DNA of 32,000 nucleotides, taken from assembly GCF_000007985.2 (NCBI RefSeq), contig NC_002939.5, positions 2,430,001 through 2,462,000 on the forward strand, given 5' to 3'. The notes below the pieces were generated by a model, which was given only the letters and a program-made list of their open reading frames with translations, was not told the origin of the DNA and ran no database searches. Of this stretch, positions 16,656-25,681 are shown one piece after another; the stretch's first letter is position 1, and each line of letters begins with the position of its first letter. Position numbers and translations under genes: made by a program. The DNA is from Geobacter sulfurreducens PCA. GTDB lineage: Bacteria > Desulfobacterota > Desulfuromonadia > Geobacterales > Geobacteraceae.

Positions 16656-17693
16656 GTGGTCAAAATCGTCAAGGTCCAGTTTCATACCGCCGGGAAACTC
16701 TACGACTTCGGGTCCGGCGACCTCGACCTGAAACAGGGCGACCGGGTCATCGTCGAAACCGAGCGGGGCCGGAGCATTGCCATGGTCGTCACCCCGCCGC
16801 GGGAATACGAAGACACCCATGTCCCGGAGGGGCTCAAGAACATCGTCCGCCTCGCCGAACCGTCCGACCTGGCTTCGGCGGCCCGCAACGCGGCCAAAGA
16901 GCAGGACGCCTACCATTTCTGCCTCCGCAAGATCAAGGAGCGGGGCATGGACATGAAGCTCGTCAAGGTGGAGTATCTCTTTGACGGGAGCAAGGCCATT
17001 TTCTACTTCACCGCCGACGGGCGGGTCGATTTCCGGGAGCTGGTCAAGGATCTGGCCCACCAGTTCCATACCCGCATCGAGATGCGCCAGATCGGGGTAC
17101 GGGACGAGTCCAAGATGATCGGCGGCATCGGCATCTGCGGCCGGGAGCTCTGCTGCTCGTCCTTTCTGCGCGATTTCGAGCCCGTCTCGGTCAAAATGGC
17201 CAAGGAGCAAAACCTGGCCCTCAACCCCACCAAGATCTCGGGCCAGTGCGGCCGGCTCCTCTGCTGCCTCGGCTACGAATTTGAAACGTACTGCTCTCTC
17301 AAGAAGTGCCTGCCCAAATGCGGTAAGATTGTGAAGTGCGGCACCGCGGAGGGCGAAGTCGTCAAGCAGAACATCCTGGAAGGGACCGTCACCATCCGGA
17401 CCGAGGAAGATCGCGAGATGGTCGTCAAGGGCGAGGAGATCAAACCCGAGAACATCTTCGATCGCCCCAAGGCCCCGCGCAAAGAGGGAGGACGGGAGAA
17501 AGACCAGAAATCGCCCCAGGACGGAGAACGTCGCGAACGTCCCCGGGACCGCGACAAGGAACGCAAAGAAGGCTCAGGCGGCGAACGGCGCGAACGTCAA
17601 GAGCGGGAGCAGGCTCCCCCCCGCGAGGAGGGGAACAACCGGGAGCGCCGGGGCGGCAAGGGAAGAGACCGGGATAAAAAGGAGAAGAAATGA
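16656..17693 (+). CDS. PSP1-domain protein (RicT/YaaT-like) with a highly charged Arg/Glu/Asp/Lys C-terminal tail
   Basis: GTG start with GGGAGG 5 nt upstream. PSP1 core (KVQFHTAGKLYDF...VIVETERG...YFTADGRVDFRELVKDL). Cys cluster GICGRELCCSSF...GQCGRLLCCLGYE. The last ~90 aa are REKDQKSPQDGERRERPRDRDKERKEGSGGERRERQERE...GKGRDRDKKEKK. The stop overlaps the metG ATG (ATGA, 17690-17693). Confidence 0.88.
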   Translation: MVKIVKVQFHTAGKLYDFGSGDLDLKQGDRVIVETERGRSIAMVVTPPREYEDTHVPEGLKNIVRLAEPSDLASAARNAAKEQDAYHFCLRKIKERGMDMKLVKVEYLFDGSKAIFYFTADGRVDFRELVKDLAHQFHTRIEMRQIGVRDESKMIGGIGICGRELCCSSFLRDFEPVSVKMAKEQNLALNPTKISGQCGRLLCCLGYEFETYCSLKKCLPKCGKIVKCGTAEGEVVKQNILEGTVTIRTEEDREMVVKGEEIKPENIFDRPKAPRKEGGREKDQKSPQDGERRERPRDRDKERKEGSGGERRERQEREQAPPREEGNNRERRGGKGRDRDKKEKK

Positions 17694-19222
17694 GCCGAAC
17701 GTTCTATGTCACGACACCCATCTACTACGTAAACGACGTACCGCACATCGGCCACGCCTACACCACCCTTGCAGCAGACGTTCTCGCCCGCTACAAGAAG
17801 CTCAAGGGGTACGAGGTCTTCTTCCTCACCGGCACCGACGAACATGGCCAGAAGGTCGAAAAGGCGGCCAACACCGCCGGCGAAACGCCCCTGGAGCTGG
17901 CCGACCGGGTGGTCAAGCGCTTCCAGGGCCTCTGGGAAAAACTGGACATCCAGTATACCGACTTCATCCGCACGACCCAGGAACGGCATAAAAAAGGGGT
18001 CTCGCACATCTTTACCAAAATCATGGCCCAAGGTGACATCTACCTGGGTGAATATGAAGACTGGTACTGCACCCCCTGCGAAACCTTCTGGACCGAAACC
18101 CAGCTCATCGACGGCAAATGCCCCGACTGCAACCGTCCGGTGGACAAACTCAAGGAAGAATCCTACTTCTTCCGGATGAGCAAATATCAGGAACAACTCC
18201 TGGCCCACATCGAGGCAAATCCCGATTTCATTCAACCCAAGAGCAGGCGCAACGAGATCATTTCCTTCGTAAAGGAAGGCCTGCGCGACCTCTCCGTCTC
18301 CCGGACCTCCTTCAACTGGGGCATTCCGGTTCCCGGAAACGAAAAACACGTCATCTACGTCTGGTTCGATGCCCTGACCAACTACATCACGGCCTTGGGC
18401 TACCCGGACGAACAGAGCGCCTTCAAAACGTTCTGGCCGGTTGACGTCCACCTGATCGGCAAGGACATCCTCCGCTTCCATGCGGTCTACTGGCCCACAT
18501 TCCTCATGGCCGCAGGCCTGCCGGTGCCCAAAAAGGTCTTTGCCCACGGATGGTGGACCGTGGAAGGCCAGAAGATGAGCAAGAGCCTCCAGAACGTGGT
18601 GGAGCCCAACATGCTGGTGGACCGGTACGGCATTGACGCGGTCCGTTATTTCCTGCTGCGGGAAGTCCCCTTCGGACTCGACGGCGACTTCTCCCACGCG
18701 GCCCTTGTCCACCGGATCAACTCCGACCTGGCGAACGATCTGGGCAACCTGCTCAACCGCTCCACCGCCATGGTCAACAAGTACTTCGACGGCGTTCTCC
18801 CCGCCCCCGGCCCCCAGACCGAGCTGGACACCGCCTTTAGGGAAAAGACCGAAGCCATGGTGCGCCAGCTGGATGCCTGCATGGACGAACTGGCCTTCAG
18901 CAAGGGACTTCAGGCTATTTGGGAAGTTATCTCTGCGGGAAACAAGTACATCGACGAGACGGCACCCTGGGCCCTGGCCAAGGACCCGGCCAAACGGGAA
19001 TACCTCGGCACGGTCATGTACACGCTGCTGGAAGCCCAGCGCATCGTGCACCTGGTCCTCTCGGCCTTCATGCCGCGCACCTCCGCCAAGGCCCTCGGCT
19101 ACCTGGGATGGACGGAGCCCTGCCGCGAAGAAGACCTCGCCTGGGGCAGGCTGGCGCCCGGGACGCTGATCGTCAAGGCGGAAGCGCTTTTCCCACGCAT
19201 CGAGGAGAAGGAAGAAAAATAG
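17690..19222 (+). CDS. metG: Methionine--tRNA ligase, short form without the C-terminal tRNA-binding domain
   Basis: 510 aa: PIYYVNDVPHIGHAYT (HIGH), KMSKS, and a zinc knuckle CTPCETFW...CPDCNRP. Confidence 0.96.
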   Translation: MSRTFYVTTPIYYVNDVPHIGHAYTTLAADVLARYKKLKGYEVFFLTGTDEHGQKVEKAANTAGETPLELADRVVKRFQGLWEKLDIQYTDFIRTTQERHKKGVSHIFTKIMAQGDIYLGEYEDWYCTPCETFWTETQLIDGKCPDCNRPVDKLKEESYFFRMSKYQEQLLAHIEANPDFIQPKSRRNEIISFVKEGLRDLSVSRTSFNWGIPVPGNEKHVIYVWFDALTNYITALGYPDEQSAFKTFWPVDVHLIGKDILRFHAVYWPTFLMAAGLPVPKKVFAHGWWTVEGQKMSKSLQNVVEPNMLVDRYGIDAVRYFLLREVPFGLDGDFSHAALVHRINSDLANDLGNLLNRSTAMVNKYFDGVLPAPGPQTELDTAFREKTEAMVRQLDACMDELAFSKGLQAIWEVISAGNKYIDETAPWALAKDPAKREYLGTVMYTLLEAQRIVHLVLSAFMPRTSAKALGYLGWTEPCREEDLAWGRLAPGTLIVKAEALFPRIEEKEEK

Positions 19223-19226
19223 GTCC

Positions 19227-19826
19227 CTATCTGGCCGGAATCCTCAGCTCTGCCGACGCGAAGAGGAAGAAGAACCTGAACAGGCAGTACTTGTAGAACT
19301 CACTGAAGAGAAGCCGGAAGCTCCCCTTGTCGTCCCACCACCGCTCTTTGAGATTGGTGGTATCTACCGGGTGGGGATAGATGGCGATGTCGCGCGGCAG
19401 TACCTGCCTGAAGAGAAGAGTGGCCCGTTTCATGTGGTAGCGGGAGGTGATCAGCCGGATTGAACGTACCTCTTTCCGCATGATTATCTCCCGGCCGTAG
19501 AGGGCATTTTCAAGGGTGTTGCGGGACAGGTTTTCCAGGAAAACACGGTCTGCGAGCCGCTCTCCCTCCCGGTCCCGGAACAGATCCCGCTTCTTTACCA
19601 CGGGATCGACGCCGATGAGATAGAGATACGTGCCTTTGCGTTCCCGGAAGAGGCGGACTCCCTCCTCAACCCTCCCCCGTCCCCCAGCCAGAACCACGAT
19701 GGCATCGGTGGTCACATCCCTCTGGCGCAGGGAGAAGGTTTTGTAGGCAAAGTCCACGAACAGCACGGCCACTATGATCAGCACTACGATGAGAAGGGAT
19801 ATGATCCCCCGGAAAAAGAGAGCCAT
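19227..19826 (-). CDS. DUF218 (YdcF/ElyC-like) membrane-anchored protein
   Basis: N-terminal hydrophobic helix (IISLLIVVLIIVAVLFV). DUF218 motifs VVLAGGRGR...LITSRYHMKRA. The track start at 19829 is GTG. The adjacent ATG 19824-19826 has AAGGA 4 nt upstream, so I prefer it. Confidence 0.8.
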   Translation of the reverse strand: MALFFRGIISLLIVVLIIVAVLFVDFAYKTFSLRQRDVTTDAIVVLAGGRGRVEEGVRLFRERKGTYLYLIGVDPVVKKRDLFRDREGERLADRVFLENLSRNTLENALYGREIIMRKEVRSIRLITSRYHMKRATLLFRQVLPRDIAIYPHPVDTTNLKERWWDDKGSFRLLFSEFYKYCLFRFFFLFASAELRIPAR

Positions 19827-19852
19827 CACACATCCTTGACGGAATATTTCAC

Positions 19853-19881
19853 TTGCATTCGCACTTTCCGTCTGCTATAAA
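19853..19881 (+). promoter_or_regulatory. Candidate sigma70 promoter of rpmB
   Basis: TTGCAT (19853-19858) - N17 - TATAAA (19876-19881). GGGAG Shine-Dalgarno sequence at 19905-19909, ATG at 19918. Confidence 0.45.
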
Positions 19882-19917
19882 AGGGAGCTTCGAAAGCCAC
19901 CCGAAGGGAGTAGAATC

Positions 19918-20109
19918 ATGTCCAAAGTTTGCGAAATCTGCGGCAAAGGCCCCAGTTTTGGTAACAATGTCAGCCACGCTAACAACAAGACCCGCACCAC
20001 GTGGCATCCGAACCTCCAGAAGGTGAAGGCCGTCCGTAATGGCAGCGTCAAGACCATCAAGGTCTGCACCCGCTGCATCCGTTCCGGCCACGTAACCAAG
20101 GCCGTCTAG
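19918..20109 (+). CDS. rpmB: 50S ribosomal protein L28
   Basis: 63 aa: [34 protein letters not shown], a classic L28 sequence. Confidence 0.95.
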   Translation: MSKVCEICGKGPSFGNNVSHANNKTRTTWHPNLQKVKAVRNGSVKTIKVCTRCIRSGHVTKAV

Positions 20110-20141
20110 ACCCTTCTTTCACCACGGCACGAAATGACTGA

Positions 20142-20172
20142 GCCGCAGCGCGTAAGCGCGTGCGGCTTTTTG
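20142..20172 (+). terminator. Rho-independent terminator after rpmB
   Basis: GCCGCA(G)CGCG-TAAG-CGCGTGCGGC followed by TTTTTG: a 10-bp GC stem with one bulge, a tetraloop and a T-run. It lies between the convergent rpmB and ridA. The reverse orientation lacks a clean U-tract. Confidence 0.7.
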
Positions 20173-20217
20173 TCGTTCCAACACCGGCAGACCCCGCAGA
20201 CAACCACCATCCGCCCC

Positions 20218-20598
20218 TTACTGACAGAGCGCGATCGCCTCGATCTCCACGAGAGCTCCCCGGGGAAGCCCTTTCACCTCCACGGTGGAACGAGCCGGCG
20301 GCGCCGCAGCAAAGCGGCTGCCGTAGACCCCGTTCACGGCGGCAAAATCGGCGAGATCCGCAAGAAAGATCGTCGTCTTCACGATGGCGTCAAATCCGAG
20401 CCCCGCCTCGGCCAGTACTGCGGCCATGTTGTCCATTACGCGCATCGTCTGAACCGTGATGTCCCCGTCGACCATTTCGCCGGTGGCGGGATCAAGGGGT
20501 ATCTGACCCGACAGGAACAGGAATCCCCCTGCCCTCACCGCCTGGGAATAGGGACCGATCGCCTTGGGTGCCTGTTCTGTCGCAACAATCTCTTTCAT
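20218..20598 (-). CDS. ridA: RidA/YjgF/L-PSP family enamine/imine deaminase
   Basis: 126 aa: APKAIGPYSQAVRAGGFLFLSGQIPLDPATGEMV ... PARSTVEV..LPRGALVEIEAIA. Confidence 0.9.
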   Translation of the reverse strand: MKEIVATEQAPKAIGPYSQAVRAGGFLFLSGQIPLDPATGEMVDGDITVQTMRVMDNMAAVLAEAGLGFDAIVKTTIFLADLADFAAVNGVYGSRFAAAPPARSTVEVKGLPRGALVEIEAIALCQ

Positions 20599-20608
20599 GC
20601 TCCCCCCT

Positions 20609-22759
20609 TCAATTTTTCATTCGCTCGACCGAAATGACACCGCTCAGCTTCATGATGTTGTTCATTACCCGCTTCAGGTGATCCAGGTCGGTGACGTCCA
20701 CTTCAAAGATATTGACCCCGCGCTTGTCGACCGTGCTTTGGATCGACGCGCTGGAGATGTTTGCTTCACAATCGGTGATGGCCTGGGTGATGTTGGCGAG
20801 AATACCCTTCTGGTCGTGACAGGAAACTCGGATTTTCACCGGCAGGGCAGCCTTGCGCTCACGGTTCCAGGTGACGGCGATACGGCGCTCCGGGTCGTTT
20901 TCCAGGGCAACGGGACAGTCGGCGGTATGGATCGTGACCCCTCTTCCCCGGGTGATGAAGCCGATGATATCGTCTCCGGGAACCGGGTTGCAGCACTTGC
21001 CGAAACGCACAAGAACATCGTCGACCCCGCCGATCTGGATGGCGCTGGGAGACGAGCCGGTGAGCTTGCCGATCATCTTCCCGATACGGGATTCCTTCTG
21101 TTCCTGGCGTTCCTGAAGCTTTTCCTCGGGAAGCAGCTTGCCGATCACCTGGTTTGCCGAGAGTTTGCCATAACCAACGGCGGCCATGACGTCATCATCG
21201 GTGGAAAGGCCGAACTCCGAGGCCACTCGCTTAATCTCTCCAGCCTTCTGCAGCTTGGCCAGATTGAGAGAATAACGCCGGAACTCCTTCTCAAGGATCT
21301 CCTTGCCGAGAGAGATGCTCCGGACCCGCTCCTCTGTCTTGATCCATGCCCGGATCTTGTTGCGGGCACGGGAGCTCTTGACGATCTTCAGCCAGTCCTT
21401 GCTCGGCGTGTGGTGCGGAGAGGTGATCACCTCCACGATATCGCCGTTCTTCAGCTCATACTTGAGGGGAACCAGCTTGCCGTTCACCTTGGCGCCCACA
21501 CAGCGATGCCCGATGTCGGTGTGGATGGTATAGGCCAGATCAATGGGGGTCGACCCCTTTGGAAAACTCTTCACGTCCCCTCTGGGAGTAAAGACGTAGA
21601 CCTCCTCGGGGAAAAGTTCCACCTTGACCGTATTCATGAACTCGTGGGAATCCTGAAGCTCCTGCTGCCACTCCAGCAGCTGCCTCAGCCAGGCGAACCG
21701 CTTGACCTCTTTTTCGTCGTACCCCTTCCCTTCTTTATACTTCCAGTGAGCCGCGATACCGGCTTCCGCCACCCGGTGCATGTCGGACGTGCGGATCTGG
21801 ACCTCCATGCGCTCCCCGTGCGGACCGATGACCGTCGTATGGAGCGACTGGTACATGTTCCCCTTGGGCATGGCGATATAGTCTTTGAAGCGGCCAGGGA
21901 TCGGCTTCCAGGTCGAATGGATGATCCCGAGGACCTCATAGCACTCCCGGATATCGTTCACCATGACCCGGATCGCCACCAGGTCATAGATCTGGTCAAT
22001 GTCCACATTGCGGGCCTGCATTTTGCGCCAGATGGAGTAAAGGTGTTTGCTCCGGCCGAATACGTCACCCTTGAGGTCGTGTTCGGCAAGCTTGGAGACG
22101 ATGATCTGCCGCACCTCCTCCACATAGCTTTCCCGCTCCTTCTTCTTCTTGGCAACCTTTGAAGCCAGGTCGTAGTAGATCTGTGGTTCCAGGTAACGGA
22201 AGGAAAGGTCTTCCAGCTCGCTCTTGATCCATGAAATACCGAGACGATTGGCAAGAGGAGCATAGATATCGAGGGTCTCGCGGGAGATGGAGCGCTGCTT
22301 CGGCTCGGGCTGGTACTGGAGCGTCCGCATGTTGTGGAGGCGGTCGGCGAGCTTGACGAGGATTACCCGGATGTCGTTGGCCATGGCCAGCAACATCTTG
22401 CGGAAGTTCTCGGCCTGACTCTCCTCTTTGGTCTTGAAGTGGATCTTGCCGATTTTGGTGACGCCGTCTACCAGGTTTGCCACCTCGGCGCCGAACATCC
22501 CCTCCAGCTCCTCCCGGGTCGTGAGGGTATCCTCGATGGTGTCGTGGAGCAGCCCGGTCACCACTGTCGGCACGTCGAGCTTCAGGTCAGCCAGTACGCC
22601 CGCCACCTCCATGGGGTGAACGAGATAAGGCTCTCCCGAAAGACGCGTCTGTCCCTGGTGGACCTTTGCACAGTAGACATAGGCCTTGCGGATCAGGTCC
22701 AGGTCGGCTACGGGATTGTAGGTGACGACCTTATCGAGGATATCGTTGAGCCGTATCAT
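20609..22759 (-). CDS. relA: Bifunctional (p)ppGpp synthetase/hydrolase (RelA/SpoT homologue)
   Basis: 716 aa. HD hydrolase (HPMEVA...LHDTIEDT), synthetase (YRSLHTTV-like QSLHTTVIGPHGERMEVQIRT), TGS (VFTPRGDVKSFPKGSTPIDLAY) and a C-terminal ACT domain. Confidence 0.95.
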   Translation of the reverse strand: MIRLNDILDKVVTYNPVADLDLIRKAYVYCAKVHQGQTRLSGEPYLVHPMEVAGVLADLKLDVPTVVTGLLHDTIEDTLTTREELEGMFGAEVANLVDGVTKIGKIHFKTKEESQAENFRKMLLAMANDIRVILVKLADRLHNMRTLQYQPEPKQRSISRETLDIYAPLANRLGISWIKSELEDLSFRYLEPQIYYDLASKVAKKKKERESYVEEVRQIIVSKLAEHDLKGDVFGRSKHLYSIWRKMQARNVDIDQIYDLVAIRVMVNDIRECYEVLGIIHSTWKPIPGRFKDYIAMPKGNMYQSLHTTVIGPHGERMEVQIRTSDMHRVAEAGIAAHWKYKEGKGYDEKEVKRFAWLRQLLEWQQELQDSHEFMNTVKVELFPEEVYVFTPRGDVKSFPKGSTPIDLAYTIHTDIGHRCVGAKVNGKLVPLKYELKNGDIVEVITSPHHTPSKDWLKIVKSSRARNKIRAWIKTEERVRSISLGKEILEKEFRRYSLNLAKLQKAGEIKRVASEFGLSTDDDVMAAVGYGKLSANQVIGKLLPEEKLQERQEQKESRIGKMIGKLTGSSPSAIQIGGVDDVLVRFGKCCNPVPGDDIIGFITRGRGVTIHTADCPVALENDPERRIAVTWNRERKAALPVKIRVSCHDQKGILANITQAITDCEANISSASIQSTVDKRGVNIFEVDVTDLDHLKRVMNNIMKLSGVISVERMKN

Positions 22760-22769
22760 GGGGAAAAGA

Positions 22770-22803
22770 CAAAAAAAGGGCGGAAGCCTGGTGCTTCTGC
22801 CCT
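22770..22803 (-). terminator. Intrinsic terminator/attenuator between rpoZ and relA
   Basis: Minus strand reads AGGGCAGAAGC-ACCAG-GCTTCCGCCCT followed by TTTTTTTG: an 11-bp stem with one A.C mismatch. The U-tract ends about 10 nt before the relA ATG. Confidence 0.6.
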
Positions 22804-22818
22804 TGGGAGGTCCTGTGA

Positions 22819-23028
22819 TTAGCGGGAACGACGACTGGTCAGTTCGTATCCGACCTTGCCGGCGGCGATTTCGCGCAGGGAGATCACCACATTCTTGTTG
22901 GCGCCCCGGTTATCGATGAGCGGACGTGCCCCCTTGTACAGCTGCTTGACGCGCTTGGACGCCAGCATGACAAGCAGGAACCGGTTATCAACCTTGTCCA
23001 GGCAATCCTCAACGGTTACTCGTGCCAT
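22819..23028 (-). CDS. rpoZ: DNA-directed RNA polymerase subunit omega
   Basis: The track ORF is over-extended. The omega sequence [30 protein letters not shown] starts at ATG 23026-23028, with AGGAG 6 nt upstream. 69 aa. Confidence 0.93.
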
Positions 23029-23108
23029 TATTACTCCTTTCGTGCAACCGGCACCCGCTGGCGACGGGGACGGTAACGTGTGTAAAATCCGACCCGCAAC
23101 GGGGTCAC

Positions 23109-23720
23109 TCAATCCATGGAAAAAATCTCTGAAACCGCATCCAGCACCCTGGCGGTACGACACTGCTCGGCAATGATGACCGATTTGAGCTCTTCCACCG
23201 CCCGGCTGAATTGATCGTTGACGATAATGTAGTCGTACCAGCGGGATTCCCGGATCTCGCCGGCAGCAGCGTTTATCCGCCGGCTGATAACCTCGTCGCT
23301 GTCCGAGGAGCGCCCGTTGAGCCGACGACGCAACTCCTCAAAGCTTGGGGGGAGAATAAAGATATAAACGCCGCCCGCAAACCGCTCCTGGAGCTGGCGT
23401 GCCCCCTGGATATCGATATCCAGGATAAGGTCCACGCCTGCGGCACGATTCTCCTCAAGGGTCCGGATGGAGGTGCCGTAGCAGTTGCCGTGAACCTCTG
23501 CCCACTCCGCGAACTCATCAGCATCGATCATCCGGTGAAACTCATCCATGGAAACAAAAAAATAGTCTTTGCCATGGATTTCGCCGGGCCGTGGCGTGCG
23601 CGTAGTGTAACTGACAGAATGCCGCAGCTGTGGAAAAATGTCAATTATTTCTCTGCACAGCGTGGTTTTACCCGCCCCCGACGGTGCCGACAGTATGTAT
23701 AAAACCCCTTCACGTTTCAT
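23109..23720 (-). CDS. gmk: Guanylate kinase
   Basis: The track start at 23723 is TTG and the next codon is ATG (23718-23720). [12 protein letters not shown]-loop, [13 protein letters not shown], and [12 protein letters not shown]. Confidence 0.94.
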
Positions 23721-23743
23721 CAAGACCCCGCTCGTGGCAAACG

Positions 23744-24622
23744 CTATTCAATATTCTGGACCTGCTCGCGAATCTTCTCCAACTCGGCCTTGAGCTCCAC
23801 CACCAGCGCTGCGGTGTCCGCATCTCCCGCCTTGGAACCGATGGTGTTCACCTCGCGGTTGAACTCCTGCATCAGGAAGTCGAGTTTGCGCCCCACCGGT
23901 TCGGACAGCTTCAGGGTGTCGTCGAACTGGACCAGGTGACTACGGAAACGAACCAGCTCCTCGGTAATGTCGCTGCGGTCGGCCATAAGTGCGACTTCCT
24001 GGGCGAAGCGGGTCTCGTCCAGCGTGGTTCCGCTCAGGAGTTGCGTCAACCGTTCACGCAGGCGGGCGGCGTACTCGGCAACCATGGCCGGCGCGCGCAG
24101 CGCAATCCGCTCGATGATGTCGGACAGGGTCCGGCGCCGCGCCGTCAGGTCGGCGAGCAGCGCCTCTCCCTCCCGCAGGCGCATGGTTTCCATGGCCTCC
24201 ACGGCTCCTCGCACTGCGCCGAGGAGTTCACCGCGCAGGGCGTCCTCGTTGCCGTCCTCTTCCCGGGCGGACAGGACATCGCGTTGGGACAGGATGAGCG
24301 GCAGCGTCACGGGATCAGCAAGGTCGAGTTCGCGTTTCAGTTGTTCGAAGGCATCCCGATAGGCCTTGGCCAGAGGAACATTGACGTTGGGCAGGTTCTC
24401 TCCCCCCACCGCCTCCTCCCGTTGAACGAAGACCTCAATTTTTCCGCGCTTGAGCCGGTCGCCCACTGCCTTGCGAACGTCATTCTCGAAGGCAAGAAGC
24501 GTACGCGGCATCTTTACGTAAACCTCGCCGTAACGATGATTCACCGAACGAATTTCGACAATGGTGCGCCCGGTATCGGTTTCGACCACGGACTTGCCGT
24601 AGCCCGTCATGCTCTTGATCAT
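23744..24622 (-). CDS. yicC: YicC-family stress-induced protein (YloC-like; putative endoribonuclease)
   Basis: The canonical N-terminus MIKSMTGYG begins at ATG 24620-24622, with GGAG upstream. C-terminal DUF1732 motif (RKLDFLMQEFNREVNTIGSKA). The track start at 24682 adds 20 non-conserved aa. Confidence 0.9.
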   Translation of the reverse strand: MIKSMTGYGKSVVETDTGRTIVEIRSVNHRYGEVYVKMPRTLLAFENDVRKAVGDRLKRGKIEVFVQREEAVGGENLPNVNVPLAKAYRDAFEQLKRELDLADPVTLPLILSQRDVLSAREEDGNEDALRGELLGAVRGAVEAMETMRLREGEALLADLTARRRTLSDIIERIALRAPAMVAEYAARLRERLTQLLSGTTLDETRFAQEVALMADRSDITEELVRFRSHLVQFDDTLKLSEPVGRKLDFLMQEFNREVNTIGSKAGDADTAALVVELKAELEKIREQVQNIE

Positions 24623-24681
24623 GAATGCTCCATCTGTGTGAACTAAGATAAGGGAAGCGCGTGCGCCACCACAATCGGCCA

Positions 24682-25662
24682 CTAGTTGCCGCTGATTTTC
24701 TTTTCCCAGCGCCAGGCATCGGCAACGATGGTTTCAAGATTATCGTAGCGGGGAGTCCAGCCGAGCAGCGTCCTGGCTCGATCCGCCCGTGCCACGAGAC
24801 TGGGTGGGTCGCCCGGCCGCCGGGGAGCCTCCTCGGCAAGGAAATGAACTCCCGACACCCGGCGGACCATGTCGATCACTTCCCGGACACTGGATCCGCT
24901 GCCATAGCCAACATTGATACGGGTCGACTCGCCACCTTTTTCCAGGTACGACAGGGCGGCCAGATGAGCAGAGGCAAGATCCTCCACGTGGATGTAATCC
25001 CGGATTCCGGTGCCGTCCGGAGTCGGGTAGTCGGTGCCGAAGATGCACACCTTGTCCCGCAGCCCCAAGGCAGCCTGGCAGGAAACCTTGATGAGGTGGG
25101 TCGCCTCCGGCGTTCTCTGTCCCATGCGTGCCTGGGGATCGGCGCCTGCCACGTTGAAGTAGCGCAGGGCCACCGAGCGCATGCCGTGGGCGGCACAGAC
25201 ATCGCGCAGCATCCACTCGCTCATGAGCTTTGACGTGCCGTAGGGGTTGATGGGCACAGTGGCACTCTCCTCGGCGGCGACGCCGCTGTCCGGGATACCG
25301 TAGACCGCCGCGGTGCTGGAGAAGATGAAACGCTCGACACCGTGCTTCACGCAGGCACCGAGGAGGTTCAGGGTATTTCGCGTATTGTTGCCGTAATACT
25401 TGAGCGGAGCTGTGACCGACTCGGGCGCAATGATGGAGGCGGCAAAGTGGAGCACCGTTGAAAAACCGTACTCCACGAAAAGCGCGTCGAGCCGGGCGGT
25501 GTCGGACAAATCGCCCGTCACGAGCCGTTCTCCGTGGACAAGGGCATCGGGGAAGCCAGTGGAAAGATTGTCGTAGACCACCACCGTATAGCCGGCCTCC
25601 GAGAGCTGGCGGACCACATGGCTTCCAATATAGCCGGCACCGCCGGTGACCAGAACAGGCAT
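24682..25662 (-). CDS. galE: UDP-glucose 4-epimerase
   Basis: 326 aa: VLVTGGAGYIGSH, YGTSK catalytic motif, and RYFNVAGA. AGGAGG Shine-Dalgarno sequence upstream. Confidence 0.9.
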   Translation of the reverse strand: MPVLVTGGAGYIGSHVVRQLSEAGYTVVVYDNLSTGFPDALVHGERLVTGDLSDTARLDALFVEYGFSTVLHFAASIIAPESVTAPLKYYGNNTRNTLNLLGACVKHGVERFIFSSTAAVYGIPDSGVAAEESATVPINPYGTSKLMSEWMLRDVCAAHGMRSVALRYFNVAGADPQARMGQRTPEATHLIKVSCQAALGLRDKVCIFGTDYPTPDGTGIRDYIHVEDLASAHLAALSYLEKGGESTRINVGYGSGSSVREVIDMVRRVSGVHFLAEEAPRRPGDPPSLVARADRARTLLGWTPRYDNLETIVADAWRWEKKISGN

Positions 25663-25681
25663 ACGTCCTCCTCTTACGGCG

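Noticed and set aside
17597-19051. 484-aa minus-strand ORF
   Set aside because: It is entirely antisense to metG, whose translation has unmistakable HIGH/KMSKS motifs. The ORF's own translation is Gly/Val/Asp/Arg-rich with no motifs. It is a typical shadow ORF in GC-rich DNA.
20564-22162. 532-aa plus-strand ORF
   Set aside because: Antisense to relA/spoT, with a low-complexity Leu/Asp/Gly/Arg composition and no recognisable domain.
23029-23108. Short hairpin (GACCC-loop-GGGTC) in the gmk-rpoZ spacer
   Set aside because: It has only a 5-bp stem and no following U-tract, so it is unlikely to be a terminator. gmk and rpoZ are probably co-transcribed.
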